Source: Fibrobacterales bacterium
GTDB taxonomy: Bacteria; Fibrobacterota; Fibrobacteria; Fibrobacterales; JAOPTW01
Assembly: GCA_051532035.1 (NCBI GenBank)
Contig: JAOPTW010000045.1
Location: forward strand, 15,813 to 79,812
Reading direction: 5' to 3'
Length of the DNA stretch: 64,000 bases
Positions 18,602-28,331 of the stretch are shown piece after piece (position 1 is the stretch's first letter; the number at the start of each line of letters is the position of its first letter). The position numbers and the translations under genes were made by a program. The notes beneath the pieces are model-generated. The model was not told where the DNA came from, did not search any database, and saw only the letters and a program-made list of their open reading frames with translations.

Positions 18602-19807
18602 TTAAGCTTTAATCAATCGAACCTTCGCCAAATATACTAAGCCAACAACACTCACTGCAACAAGAGTGTAGCTACAAACCTGAATCACACTAAAACCATT
18701 ATCAAAAAACAGGCTAAAGATAACCGGGCTAATTGCTGTTGAAAATGCAGTGAGCATCGCAACTACACTCCGTATCGCTCCAATATTGGCACGGCCATAC
18801 TCCTCTACCCAAAGGGTTGATTTGAGGTTACTGCCAAAGCCAAGGGCTATGCCCGACATTCCATAGTAGATTGCTGCAGATACTTGATGGTCTATAAAGA
18901 TAAGTGCGCTCAGTGCAATAATTGTGGGGATGAGCTGAATGAGAAATGAGTTCTTTGCTCCAAAGCGGTCAATGATAAAGCCAATGATAAATCCCGATGT
19001 AATTCTGAGAATAGGAAAGAGAGAGAAGGCCGCAAGTCGCCATCCATCACTCCACCCTTTGGCATCCATCAAGGTTTGTTGATGAATAAAAAAGCCAGTC
19101 AGTAAGAAGGGGGCGGCAAGTGTTACGGGAACAGCGCAATAGAAAAAAGAGTTTTTGAGCACATCTTTACGAGTCCAACTGCGCTCTTCGGTTGCATTGT
19201 TTTTTTGAAGAGAAAGAGGGAGGTTAAAGCTATCACTCTTCTTAAAGAGCATGAGCAGGGCAGGGGTAATGAGTATAAGTGCGTAGGCAAACCACGAGAG
19301 TGTATCACGCCAACCAATAGTAGCGATAAGGTAAACGCCAACAGCACTAAAGAAGAACTCCCCGAGAGGGTGACCAAGGGTGGAGATACTGAGCGCTTTA
19401 CCCGTATCTTTTGTAAAAAAGCGAGAAGTTGCAGTCGCACCAATATGAGTCATGAGTGACTGCCCAAAAAGCCTGAGTCCCATAAGGCCAACAAAAAGGG
19501 TCACAATATGGTTTCCCTGTGAGAGGGTATAGGTCATCACTCCAAGGCCAACAAGAGAGAGCGCACTAAAGAGTTTTAGATTAATTCGATCAATATAAAC
19601 ACCAGCTTGTGCCATAGCAAATGCACTACATACTGTGGCCAAAAAGTAGTAGAAGGTCATTTCAGTTGAGCTTATATTAAAGGCAGTAATAAAGAAGGGA
19701 GTAAAAAGACCCAGAAAGAAAGATTGTCCATACCCTGATAAAAAGGCATGACTCATTGAAAAGGTAAACTGCTTGGGATACGAGGTAAAAAGACGGAATA
19801 TGTTCAT
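18602..19807 (-). CDS. MFS transporter
   Basis: About 12 hydrophobic helices; GQSFF, GVYIDR and GFIIDRFG motifs. Confidence 0.9.
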   Translation of the reverse strand: MNIFRLFTSYPKQFTFSMSHAFLSGYGQSFFLGLFTPFFITAFNISSTEMTFYYFLATVCSAFAMAQAGVYIDRINLKLFSALSLVGLGVMTYTLSQGNHIVTLFVGLMGLRLFGQSLMTHIGATATSRFFTKDTGKALSISTLGHPLGEFFFSAVGVYLIATIGWRDTLSWFAYALILITPALLMLFKKSDSFNLPLSLQKNNATEERSWTRKDVLKNSFFYCAVPVTLAAPFLLTGFFIHQQTLMDAKGWSDGWRLAAFSLFPILRITSGFIIGFIIDRFGAKNSFLIQLIPTIIALSALIFIDHQVSAAIYYGMSGIALGFGSNLKSTLWVEEYGRANIGAIRSVVAMLTAFSTAISPVIFSLFFDNGFSVIQVCSYTLVAVSVVGLVYLAKVRLIKA

Positions 19808-19812
19808 GGGGG

Positions 19813-19820
19813 CAAATGTA
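19813..19820 (-). promoter_or_regulatory. TAnnTTTG promoter element, probably giving a leaderless MFS transcript
   Basis: Minus strand TACATTTG-CCCCC-ATG; no SD sequence. Confidence 0.55.
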
Positions 19821-19862
19821 GAAAATTACCCGACCATACCTCTTAAAATTGGTTAAGCAATA

Positions 19863-21122
19863 CTAATCGACAAAGGTTCGCATAAGGTAAAAAATACCTA
19901 CTTGAATGTAGTAATCATAGGCGGCAATGAAGGTCTCATTAGTCAGTCTATCCGTAGCATTGGATTTGAGATCTTCGCTTTTGTGGCCCCGATAAGAGAT
20001 ACCCGTATCAAATTGAATACCTATTTTCTCTTTAAAAAGAAAATGAGTCGCAAAGCCAATATGCGCTCCTTTCATAGTAGAGAGCTCAAAAGGTGGAGAT
20101 TTTTGTGGTGCAGTTCGAGTAAAATCAGAACTCCAAAATGTATAGCGCAGTCCAAAAACGAGCTTTGGCGCGATCTCCATAATACCCAAAGGACGAAAGT
20201 ATTTTGAGAGGGTAATGTTAATACCCAATTCATAGCGACGAAAGGTCCAATCGGTTATATCGTGATGCCATGCTGCAGTATCATTGCCATAGCGAATAGA
20301 GTAGTCACTATAATTGAGAGAGAGTGATCCGCCAATAAATTCAGCATACTGAACACCAAATTGAATATTGTGGAGGGGGCGACCAACGATGTTTTTAAGA
20401 ACAGGAACATCAGCAAGAGGTTCGCCTCTATCAAGCCAGTTCCAAACGTACCAAGGGTCTCCCGCATTATCTGCTGTTGTGATTGCACCACCTTCGGGTG
20501 GGCTAAAGAGGCCGGCAGTATAGCCAAAGCCATAGAGGACATAGAGATCATAGGCAATGCGTTCGTTGTAAAAGCTATTAGGAGTATCTTTTGCAATGCG
20601 CTTCTGCTCATCAGTAAGTTGTGTTTCCTGTTGTGCCATAAAAAGAGTTTGGGCTATTTCGGTATAGATATCTCGGGGGTCGATACTCGCAATAGAAATC
20701 AGTGCTTTAGGCTCATGATATCCACCATGAAAGAGTGTCGCCCATGTTGTATTCTCTTTTTGATAGAGATAGATGATGTAGTTATCTTCGTTTTCTCTGA
20801 GGACTGCACGAACACTATCATCTCGTGCAGCGAGGTGTTTAGGGGCGATAGACGGGTAGATGTTTTTAGATATCCATTTCATATAAGTCATGAAAGGGAT
20901 TGATCGTTCAAAGTTACCGGCCCGTCGACACTCAATACGGGATATAAAGGTATTTTGGCGTGCCATCTCTCTACAGAGTTCTTTTGCTTTTAACCCAGTC
21001 ACCTTCGTTTCGACGGTAAAAATGTCGGCACCCTTATAAAATGGGTAGGGGTCTTTAAATATAACGGTTGCAGATTGAGCGGTTGTTATAAGGACAAAAA
21101 TGATAAGCGCTAATTTATTCAT
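19863..21122 (-). CDS. Secreted hypothetical protein with possible C-terminal beta-barrel
   Basis: Signal peptide; aromatic-rich amphipathic strands in the C-terminal half. Confidence 0.7.
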   Translation of the reverse strand: MNKLALIIFVLITTAQSATVIFKDPYPFYKGADIFTVETKVTGLKAKELCREMARQNTFISRIECRRAGNFERSIPFMTYMKWISKNIYPSIAPKHLAARDDSVRAVLRENEDNYIIYLYQKENTTWATLFHGGYHEPKALISIASIDPRDIYTEIAQTLFMAQQETQLTDEQKRIAKDTPNSFYNERIAYDLYVLYGFGYTAGLFSPPEGGAITTADNAGDPWYVWNWLDRGEPLADVPVLKNIVGRPLHNIQFGVQYAEFIGGSLSLNYSDYSIRYGNDTAAWHHDITDWTFRRYELGINITLSKYFRPLGIMEIAPKLVFGLRYTFWSSDFTRTAPQKSPPFELSTMKGAHIGFATHFLFKEKIGIQFDTGISYRGHKSEDLKSNATDRLTNETFIAAYDYYIQVGIFYLMRTFVD

Positions 21123-21822
21123 TACCTACCCCTGTTGTAAGAGGGGTTTGAGAAAAGGCGCTCGTTAATGCGGTATATATGAGTTGATTAATAGCACGTT
21201 TTGTGACAGGGTTTTGTGAAGGTGCTTGCGCGTCAGCATAGCCATAACTAATGTATTGCTGTCGTTGATTATCCCAGAGAGACCAACTCATAACGATGGA
21301 GAGATGGTCTGCATTTGAGCTCCCTTCTCTGTTTGATCGCGTATAGTCAAAGAGCTCTTCACCACTGAGGTCATAGCCGAGGGTGCATTCGTAGATAAAA
21401 AATATGAGGTCAGGTGATTGAGTAGCGTCAATTGTAAGAGCAGTACCCTGAGCAGGCCATGCCACTTTTACATAGGTATTGTCGTGTATCTTCATTGATT
21501 CGGGGCGACCTAATCGTTGCACCGTTGAGTCGGGCAGCGTGATGATCGTATGACTCAAGGCAGCTTGAGTACTTTTGTCGATAGTGCTATTGATGATCGG
21601 GGCTAAAGAGTCGTGGAGAGACTTCTCGGGAATTGAGAGTTCCCGTGCAATAATTTTATAATCTTGAATAATTAAATTGTATTTGAGCGGTACGATACCA
21701 ACGGTGGCATCTTTCGGTATGGTTGAATATCCAGGATGAGATACGGATGACCGAGATGCACACGACGAAACCAAAAATAATGTGGTCAAATAGAGACTGA
21801 ATGTGATTAATAGAGTACGCAT
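21115..21822 (-). CDS. Hypothetical lipoprotein
   Basis: Lipobox VSSC; overlaps the downstream gene. Confidence 0.75.
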   Translation of the reverse strand: MRTLLITFSLYLTTLFLVSSCASRSSVSHPGYSTIPKDATVGIVPLKYNLIIQDYKIIARELSIPEKSLHDSLAPIINSTIDKSTQAALSHTIITLPDSTVQRLGRPESMKIHDNTYVKVAWPAQGTALTIDATQSPDLIFFIYECTLGYDLSGEELFDYTRSNREGSSNADHLSIVMSWSLWDNQRQQYISYGYADAQAPSQNPVTKRAINQLIYTALTSAFSQTPLTTGVGNE

Positions 21823-21839
21823 GCTTTAAGTATACGAAA

Positions 21840-22406
21840 TTACTCCTCAAAATCAATGAAAGAACGTGATGGCTGTGGAGTTTGCTGTCCAGAGTACTTA
21901 CCTGAATAGAATTCCACCTCTCCCTTGGGTTCAACAAAGTAGACCTGACCAATACGGACATTGGGGTATATTTTGACAGGATGTACAACACAGATCTCAA
22001 GAGTCCAAGTAGGGTAGTGGCAGGTAAGCTCATTCCCCGTCTTTTCAAAACCCCAGCCTATATCGCCAAAACCAGCAGTTATATGGGTATTAATACCCAG
22101 TCGGCCGATAGAGCTCCGTCCTTCAAACATAGGGATGTAGCTATGAGAGGTGGCTGTTTCATTGGTCATGCCAATATAGAGTGTGTTTGGTTGTAATATG
22201 AATCCCTCTTCGGGGATTATGATTGTGTTGGTTGGATTCTCTTTTTTCATGTCGAGACAGTCGCATTCAGAGAGGTCATAGAGTAACAAGGTTTCATTGA
22301 GGGTTACATCAATAGAATTAGGTGAAATATGTTTTTCTATAAAAGGGCGAATAGTGACATCGCCTTTCTCTTGTGCTTTTTTTATCTCATCACGAGTTAG
22401 AAACAT
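21840..22406 (-). CDS. dcd: dCTP deaminase
   Basis: PNSIDVTL, EGRSSIGRLG, TAGFGD, WTLEI, IGQVYF, GKY motifs. Confidence 0.93.
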   Translation of the reverse strand: MFLTRDEIKKAQEKGDVTIRPFIEKHISPNSIDVTLNETLLLYDLSECDCLDMKKENPTNTIIIPEEGFILQPNTLYIGMTNETATSHSYIPMFEGRSSIGRLGINTHITAGFGDIGWGFEKTGNELTCHYPTWTLEICVVHPVKIYPNVRIGQVYFVEPKGEVEFYSGKYSGQQTPQPSRSFIDFEE

Positions 22407-23087
22407 CTACGCTCCATATTGTTTACGATATTCGAGAATATTCTCGAGACTCTCCTCTTTAATAGTAAACTTTTCGCGGTTACTTGTGTCTGAAATAAAG
22501 GTAATGATGTCTAAAATAGTTACAATTGAAGCAGTTTTTATGCCAAAGTCAGATTCAATTTTATTGAGAGCAGATACACCACCCTCTACTTTTTCCATAC
22601 GGTCGACTGAAATCAAAAGGCCAACCACAGAAAAATTTTCAACTTCTTTCACAATTTCGAATGTCTCGCGAATTGAGGTTCCGGCAGTAGTTACATCTTC
22701 AACAATAAGAGACTGGGCAGGCTCAGTATATTTATACCCAACTAAACTCCCGCCTTCACCGTGATCTTTCGCTTCTTTGCGGTTAAAGGTGTAAGTGACA
22801 TCGGTATCATATTCACTGCTGAGTGCCATGGCTGTGGCAACACTCAGTGGGATTCCCTTATAGGCAGGGCCAAAGAGGTTGTTGAATGAGGTACCAAAGG
22901 ATTCTGTTGCAGCTTTGGCGTAATAGCGTGCGAGAGTATTCATTTGTGAGCCTGTTTTATACTCGCCAGTATTGATGAAAAAAGGTGTTTTACGTCCACT
23001 TTTCGTGGTAAAATCACCAAATTTAAGAACGTTACACTGTAAAAGGAACTCAATAAACTCTTGTTTGTAAGGGGCTAGGACCGTCAT
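22407..23087 (-). CDS. pyrE: Orotate phosphoribosyltransferase
   Basis: FGDFTTKSGR, FGPAYKGIPL, FNRKEAKDHGEGG, VEDVTTAGTS; start refined from 23192. Confidence 0.95.
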   Translation of the reverse strand: MTVLAPYKQEFIEFLLQCNVLKFGDFTTKSGRKTPFFINTGEYKTGSQMNTLARYYAKAATESFGTSFNNLFGPAYKGIPLSVATAMALSSEYDTDVTYTFNRKEAKDHGEGGSLVGYKYTEPAQSLIVEDVTTAGTSIRETFEIVKEVENFSVVGLLISVDRMEKVEGGVSALNKIESDFGIKTASIVTILDIITFISDTSNREKFTIKEESLENILEYRKQYGA

Positions 23088-23279
23088 TATACTCTCTATC
23101 AAATTTATGCATATTAAACGTAAAAATTTAGACGTAAATTTGTAAGTGGACTCGATGATTGTCGTGGCGAAAAAAGGCAAAAAATGACGCATTTTGCCCT
23201 ATTTTTAACAAAAACCCCGACAATGTCGGTTCAAAAGTAAATTAATAAGTACATTTATTAAAACTTTTACATTGATACT

Positions 23280-24470
23280 ATGAGCACCATAAAAATTCAT
23301 ACTGAAGAGGTGATGAATCACGATTACGAAAGAACTATGGGTGATTTCTTTCTTGATGTGATTAAAAAAGTTGTCTCAGATCCTGAGATTCGCCATGACT
23401 GGCTCCCTCGTTACGCTAAGTACTCAAAATTTATGAGCTCTTCTAAATATAAACCCGTTGTACCCATTAAAACGGTGGTTAACTTTCCTGATAAAAGTAT
23501 CCCTCTTTATATGAACAGTCCGATCATTTTGGCTGCTGGTTCTAATAAATATGGTGAAAACTTACCTGATTTCTCAAATCTTGGATTTGGTGGAGTCGCA
23601 GTAGGAACCGTTACCAGAAGTGAACGTGATGGGAATTTGTTTCGCCCACGTGTTGCCATGATTCCTGCTGATAGAGCCATAAATAATAGTATGGGCCTCA
23701 ACAATCCAGGCGTGGATGTTATATCAAAAATTGTTGATCGTGACCTTATCAAGGCCCACAAGCGTGGTCTCGCTATTGGAGTCTCTATGGCTGAGTCTCC
23801 AGAAGTTACCGATGAGGAAGAGCAGCTTGAACAGATGCTGTACACCTTCAGAAAAGCCTATAATGTTGCAGACTATATTGAGATAAATGTCTCTTGTCCT
23901 AATACAGGGGTTCGTAGAACTGATGAAAACACTCAGTTTCTTTCAAAAGTACTTAGTGAGATTATGGAGATTCGTAAAAACCTCCCTATTCGTAAGGCAG
24001 TGTATTGTAAGCTCTCACCCGATATGAATGAACAGCAGTTTATACAAACACTCAAAGTTATTCGGGATAATGGGATAAATGGACTTATCCTTTTTAATAC
24101 CTTCCCTGGTGCAAAATCAAAATTTCTTAACCTGAATACACCACAAGAAAAATTTACTCCGGTCACATCGGCGGGTGGATTTGGTGGGCTTTCGGGCAGA
24201 CCACTTTACATAAATACTTATCGTGCAGTAGAGTATATTAAAAAAGAATATCCAGAGATGTCGGTTATCGCTTCAGGTGGTATCGATCATGGAAGGAAAG
24301 TTTTCGATCTATTAGAATTAGGGGTTGATGCGGTTCAGTGTTATTCAGCATTGGCCTATCGCATGGATCCGGTAAATAAAATGAATTATGAGCTTTCTGT
24401 TGCACTCAAAGAGAAAGGCTATTGCTCTCTTGAAGAGTATTACGATAAGAAGAATAACCCAGAATATTAA
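23280..24470 (+). CDS. pyrD: Dihydroorotate dehydrogenase
   Basis: GN..RPR, NSMGLNNPG, EINVSCPN, KLSPD, GGLSGRPL, SGGI motifs; divergent from pyrE. Confidence 0.9.
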   Translation: MSTIKIHTEEVMNHDYERTMGDFFLDVIKKVVSDPEIRHDWLPRYAKYSKFMSSSKYKPVVPIKTVVNFPDKSIPLYMNSPIILAAGSNKYGENLPDFSNLGFGGVAVGTVTRSERDGNLFRPRVAMIPADRAINNSMGLNNPGVDVISKIVDRDLIKAHKRGLAIGVSMAESPEVTDEEEQLEQMLYTFRKAYNVADYIEINVSCPNTGVRRTDENTQFLSKVLSEIMEIRKNLPIRKAVYCKLSPDMNEQQFIQTLKVIRDNGINGLILFNTFPGAKSKFLNLNTPQEKFTPVTSAGGFGGLSGRPLYINTYRAVEYIKKEYPEMSVIASGGIDHGRKVFDLLELGVDAVQCYSALAYRMDPVNKMNYELSVALKEKGYCSLEEYYDKKNNPEY

Positions 24471-24487
24471 CGTTGGTGACTATCACT

Positions 24488-25255
24488 ATGTGTAAGACTA
24501 TACTACTCATCGCATTTCTTGTATCATTTAGTTTTTCAAAATCTCTATGGGTTGGCGTGACTTTTAAAACCTCGCGTCATCTTATTGAAGGCAAGAGAGT
24601 TGATGCTCTCAAAGTTGATAAGTTACTTCCACAGTCTGATGCTATAAATTCAGGTATAGAACCAGGTGACCTTCTTATTAAAGTAAATGGTACGGTTATT
24701 AATGGCGTTCGTTCCGTTGCAAAAGAGATCAAAGGTAAAAAAGAGGGCACTGTTCTTGTTTTTACCCTCATACGAGATAACAAAGAGTTGACCAAAAAAT
24801 TAGCCCTTACTCCACGGCCCGATAATGTATCGCAGTGGGTTGGCTCACCTATTGGTTCGAAATCAAAAAAAATATCAGGGAACTTCTATACTCATAAAAA
24901 TAAGAAACAGAAACAGCCAAAGCTGACTCTTCTTGATTTCTGGGCAACGTGGTGTGGACCTTGTCGGCAGACCCTCCCAATTGTTTCTGAACTGTACAAC
25001 AAGTATCAATCTAAGGGATATGAGACTATTGGTATTAGTACCGAATCATTAAAAACCTTGCAGGCCTTTCAATCCAAGCATAGCGCTCCTTATCCACTAC
25101 TCAATGATGCGAGCGGCCAGGTGAGTGCATTTTATGGCGTGAAAGCACTTCCAACATTAGCGTTTATTGATGCCGATGGCTATATTGTAAAAGTTTTTAC
25201 GGGGGCACCATCAAAGGGTGTTCTTGAGTCCGTCATCAAAAAGTATCTGGATTAA
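24488..25255 (+). CDS. Exported PDZ + TlpA-like thioredoxin protein
   Basis: Signal peptide; PDZ (GIEPGDLLIKVNG); DFWATWCGPC; LPT motif. Confidence 0.85.
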   Translation: MCKTILLIAFLVSFSFSKSLWVGVTFKTSRHLIEGKRVDALKVDKLLPQSDAINSGIEPGDLLIKVNGTVINGVRSVAKEIKGKKEGTVLVFTLIRDNKELTKKLALTPRPDNVSQWVGSPIGSKSKKISGNFYTHKNKKQKQPKLTLLDFWATWCGPCRQTLPIVSELYNKYQSKGYETIGISTESLKTLQAFQSKHSAPYPLLNDASGQVSAFYGVKALPTLAFIDADGYIVKVFTGAPSKGVLESVIKKYLD

Positions 25256-25258
25256 GGC

Positions 25259-26224
25259 ATGCTTCTGCGTTCCATAACTTTTACCCTACTCGCTTACACA
25301 TTGAGTATGGGTTCATTAATGAATAGCCCACCTAAAGCCCTTTCGATTCTTTATACTCAAAAAGGAACATCGGTATGGGAGTATCAAGCAGAGCCTAAAA
25401 TTTTACTCAAAGGCTTTTATGATGGGGATAGTGCTACTACTTTTGAGTGGGCAAAGCGCACCTTGTTTAGTGAGAGAGAGCTGTGGAAAATATTCGATGC
25501 ATTAGTACCGGGAAGCGATATTTTTCTCGTTGAGCCTTCGTTAGATATTCCTTCAAGTATTCAGAAAATATCAAAAAATCGTTCACTCAAAGAGTGGGCT
25601 CTCCGGACCCATTCAGGAATTGTTGCCTGGATCGTACTTTCAAAACAAGGTTCAGGATATTATTTAGCAGTCCATAGAGTTACACCCTATGTATCTCCCT
25701 TAAAGCCTCTACTGTTTACCTACAATGGGGGGCTTAATCAATTCACACAGTTTAAGAACCAGGGAGATGATTTGTGCGTTCTTAAAAAAGGGACGACCTG
25801 TTCATTAGTGAGTACTGAACTTCCTACTCTACGGGCATCACTCTTTTCAAATGGAAATATCACTTTCACCTATTCTGAGGTCGTTGAAAAACCCTTGTCT
25901 GGAGTGCAACAATACAAGTTACTATCATTGAAAGAGCAAAAAGAGTTTAGAACTATTGTACGGGGCTATTTAAATTATGAGTATAATCTTATGATCAAAG
26001 CAGCTATTGGGAGTGCAACCACTCTTTTTAATTGGCAATTGTGGGAGTGGCTCGACCATTTTGATTCTGGTGCCCCCAGTGATGATGCGCTGCATGCTTG
26101 GCTTTCTGCTGGCGAGAGTACTCGACCAGTAGAGCTCTTTAAATATATTGGAACAGACTTTGTTGTGCTCTTTTTTTGTAATTTCGATGGTGAACGCTCA
26201 ATAACTATCGAGAAGACTCAGTGA
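25259..26224 (+). CDS. Hypothetical secreted protein
   Basis: 321-aa ORF in an apparent operon; N-terminal hydrophobic segment. Confidence 0.7.
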   Translation: MLLRSITFTLLAYTLSMGSLMNSPPKALSILYTQKGTSVWEYQAEPKILLKGFYDGDSATTFEWAKRTLFSERELWKIFDALVPGSDIFLVEPSLDIPSSIQKISKNRSLKEWALRTHSGIVAWIVLSKQGSGYYLAVHRVTPYVSPLKPLLFTYNGGLNQFTQFKNQGDDLCVLKKGTTCSLVSTELPTLRASLFSNGNITFTYSEVVEKPLSGVQQYKLLSLKEQKEFRTIVRGYLNYEYNLMIKAAIGSATTLFNWQLWEWLDHFDSGAPSDDALHAWLSAGESTRPVELFKYIGTDFVVLFFCNFDGERSITIEKTQ

Positions 26225-26673
26225 AATTTTTTATACACCGCCGCCGAATCCCCGCATATCTTGCCATGGCAATAGCTCTTGGCCTCTCTACACTTCCTCC
26301 TGATGTTGTTGAAATGGTAATGCAGTCAATTTTTGGCCCAGGCAAAGAACAAGCAAGTGGGTTTATTCCTATTGATAAAGTGATACATATGTCGCTCTAT
26401 ACTCTGGTTGGCTTCTCATTCGCTGCAGCGATTAGTTCTCATAAATGGTCTCGGAGCAAGGTGCGTTATGCACTCTATGCGGTGATATTCGCCTCAATAT
26501 TTGGGGTGTCTGATGAGTGCTACCAACTTCTCTCTAATATGGGAAGACAGTTCGATCTCTTCGATATTCTTGCGGATGTTCTTGGTGCCATTGGAGGCGT
26601 CAGTATTTTTTATTGGAAGGGGAATAGTCTAAAGAATAGACTCTCAACCTATTTCGCTACTGAGTCCATGTAA
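26221..26673 (+). CDS. VanZ family membrane protein
   Basis: DKVIH, DECYQ, GR.FDLFDILADVLGA motifs. Confidence 0.85.
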   Translation: MKFFIHRRRIPAYLAMAIALGLSTLPPDVVEMVMQSIFGPGKEQASGFIPIDKVIHMSLYTLVGFSFAAAISSHKWSRSKVRYALYAVIFASIFGVSDECYQLLSNMGRQFDLFDILADVLGAIGGVSIFYWKGNSLKNRLSTYFATESM

Positions 26674-26755
26674 CAGAGTCTCTTATTATTTTTTTATTTT
26701 GTAATTGGCCATTGAGTATGGTATACTTGATTCAAGTTTTCATCTAAAGATTGTG

Positions 26756-27913
26756 ATGACTCAGACAAAACCCCATATATTGGTCGTTGATGATGACTCA
26801 ATAAATCGTGATGTACTTCGTGATACCCTCGAAGATTGCGATTACTACATTACCACAGCGGAAAATGGCTTACAAGCTATTGAGATAGTAGCAGAACTCG
26901 ATATCGACCTGATTCTTCTTGATGTTATGATGCCAGGTATAAATGGCTTTGATACTTGTAAGGAATTAAAGAAAGTAATGGGAAGTGAAAATGTTCCCAT
27001 AATCTTTTTAACTGCTCGTGCGAGTAATGATGATATTATTACTGGTTTTCAGTGTGGTGCAGTAGACTATGTCGCAAAGCCAATTAATAATTATGTGTTA
27101 CTCTCTCGGGTGAAGGCACACCTTGGCTTAAAGCTTGATCATGATACTCTTGAAGGGGCAATAAAAGAGCGAACTTTTGAGTTAGATCAGGCAATAAAAA
27201 AAGTAGAAGTTGCCGAAGCAGCAAAGGGGGCTTTTACTGCTAATATGTGTCATGAATTACGTACTCCTTTAAATGGAATATTGGGGACTCATGAAATATT
27301 ACTGACCGAAGACTTGGGGCCAGAAATAAAAAAGATGCTCGAGCTCTCTCGTAAATCAACGGTATCGCTGACAGCAATAATCAATGACATCTTACATTTC
27401 ACTGAATTAGAATCGGGGAATGTAACAATTCGCAGCCAAGTTTTTAACTTTCCAGATATTGTAGAAATCATAAAAGGTGTATTTGAAATAGAGGCAAGAG
27501 AAAAAGGAATTGAACTCCTCATTTCAATAGATCCATCATTTCCAACGCAAGTTTTGGGAGACCGAGCCAGAATAAGGCAGCTCATGCTTAACATACTTGG
27601 TAATGCAATTAAGTTTACGAGCAAAGGCTCAGTTAGCCTTACTATTACATATGAACGCCACAAAAACATGCAAATTCAATGCACTATCGAAGTTATCGAT
27701 ACCGGTTGTGGAATATCTGAGAAAGAGAAAGAATTTTTGTTTAAAGCATTTAAACAAGGCGATGACTCGTTTACTAAAAAGTATGGTGGCATTGGCATTG
27801 GCCTTACAAATGTAAAAATGTTTCTTGATATGGTTGATGGGTCAATCGATATAGAGAGTAGACTAGGCGAGGGAAGCAAGGTAACAGTTTCTTTTCCTCT
27901 CTTAACCGTGTAG
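26756..27913 (+). CDS. Hybrid response regulator / sensor histidine kinase (REC-HisKA-HATPase)
   Basis: ILVVDDD, LLDVMMPG, HELRTPLNG, NILGNAIKFT, DTGCGI, GIGIGL; start refined from 26705. Confidence 0.93.
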   Translation: MTQTKPHILVVDDDSINRDVLRDTLEDCDYYITTAENGLQAIEIVAELDIDLILLDVMMPGINGFDTCKELKKVMGSENVPIIFLTARASNDDIITGFQCGAVDYVAKPINNYVLLSRVKAHLGLKLDHDTLEGAIKERTFELDQAIKKVEVAEAAKGAFTANMCHELRTPLNGILGTHEILLTEDLGPEIKKMLELSRKSTVSLTAIINDILHFTELESGNVTIRSQVFNFPDIVEIIKGVFEIEAREKGIELLISIDPSFPTQVLGDRARIRQLMLNILGNAIKFTSKGSVSLTITYERHKNMQIQCTIEVIDTGCGISEKEKEFLFKAFKQGDDSFTKKYGGIGIGLTNVKMFLDMVDGSIDIESRLGEGSKVTVSFPLLTV

Positions 27914-28186
27914 CTAAAAAAGCTCAACACGGTTATTATTCAAATTTGATCATTTCTATTTAATAAAATCTACATATAGTGTCATGTGTTTGCAATTATA
28001 CAGTATAGTGTATTTTAGTCAGGTAAACAGTATTGTTAACTTAGGTATTAATGTAAATCTTGTAAGGCATTGATATAAAATACTTTAACTAATGTTAATA
28101 AATGGTTTACATTTAGTTTAAAAAGTGTTTAAATTAAATAAGATGAAAAAAAGTAAACGTATATCGTTTCTTTTAGGAAATAAGTC

Positions 28187-28315
28187 ATGTTTAAAAATGT
28201 TATTATCAGTATAATTATTGCAGGTGCGGTCTCATATTTACTCTTTAGCACAGCTGAGGCTGATGCATCAGAGTCGAGACAAGTGATAATTAATACTTTC
28301 GTTCAAAGCGAATGA
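28187..28315 (+). CDS. Putative small secreted peptide (42 aa)
   Basis: AGGA RBS; MFKNVIISIIIAGAVSYLLFSTAEA is a signal-peptide-like N-terminus; below the ORF track cutoff. Confidence 0.5.
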   Translation: MFKNVIISIIIAGAVSYLLFSTAEADASESRQVIINTFVQSE

Positions 28316-28331
28316 TACAATAGAACATATT

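Noticed and set aside
21840..22406. dcd as a prophage marker
   Set aside because: Directly coupled to pyrE; no phage genes in the window
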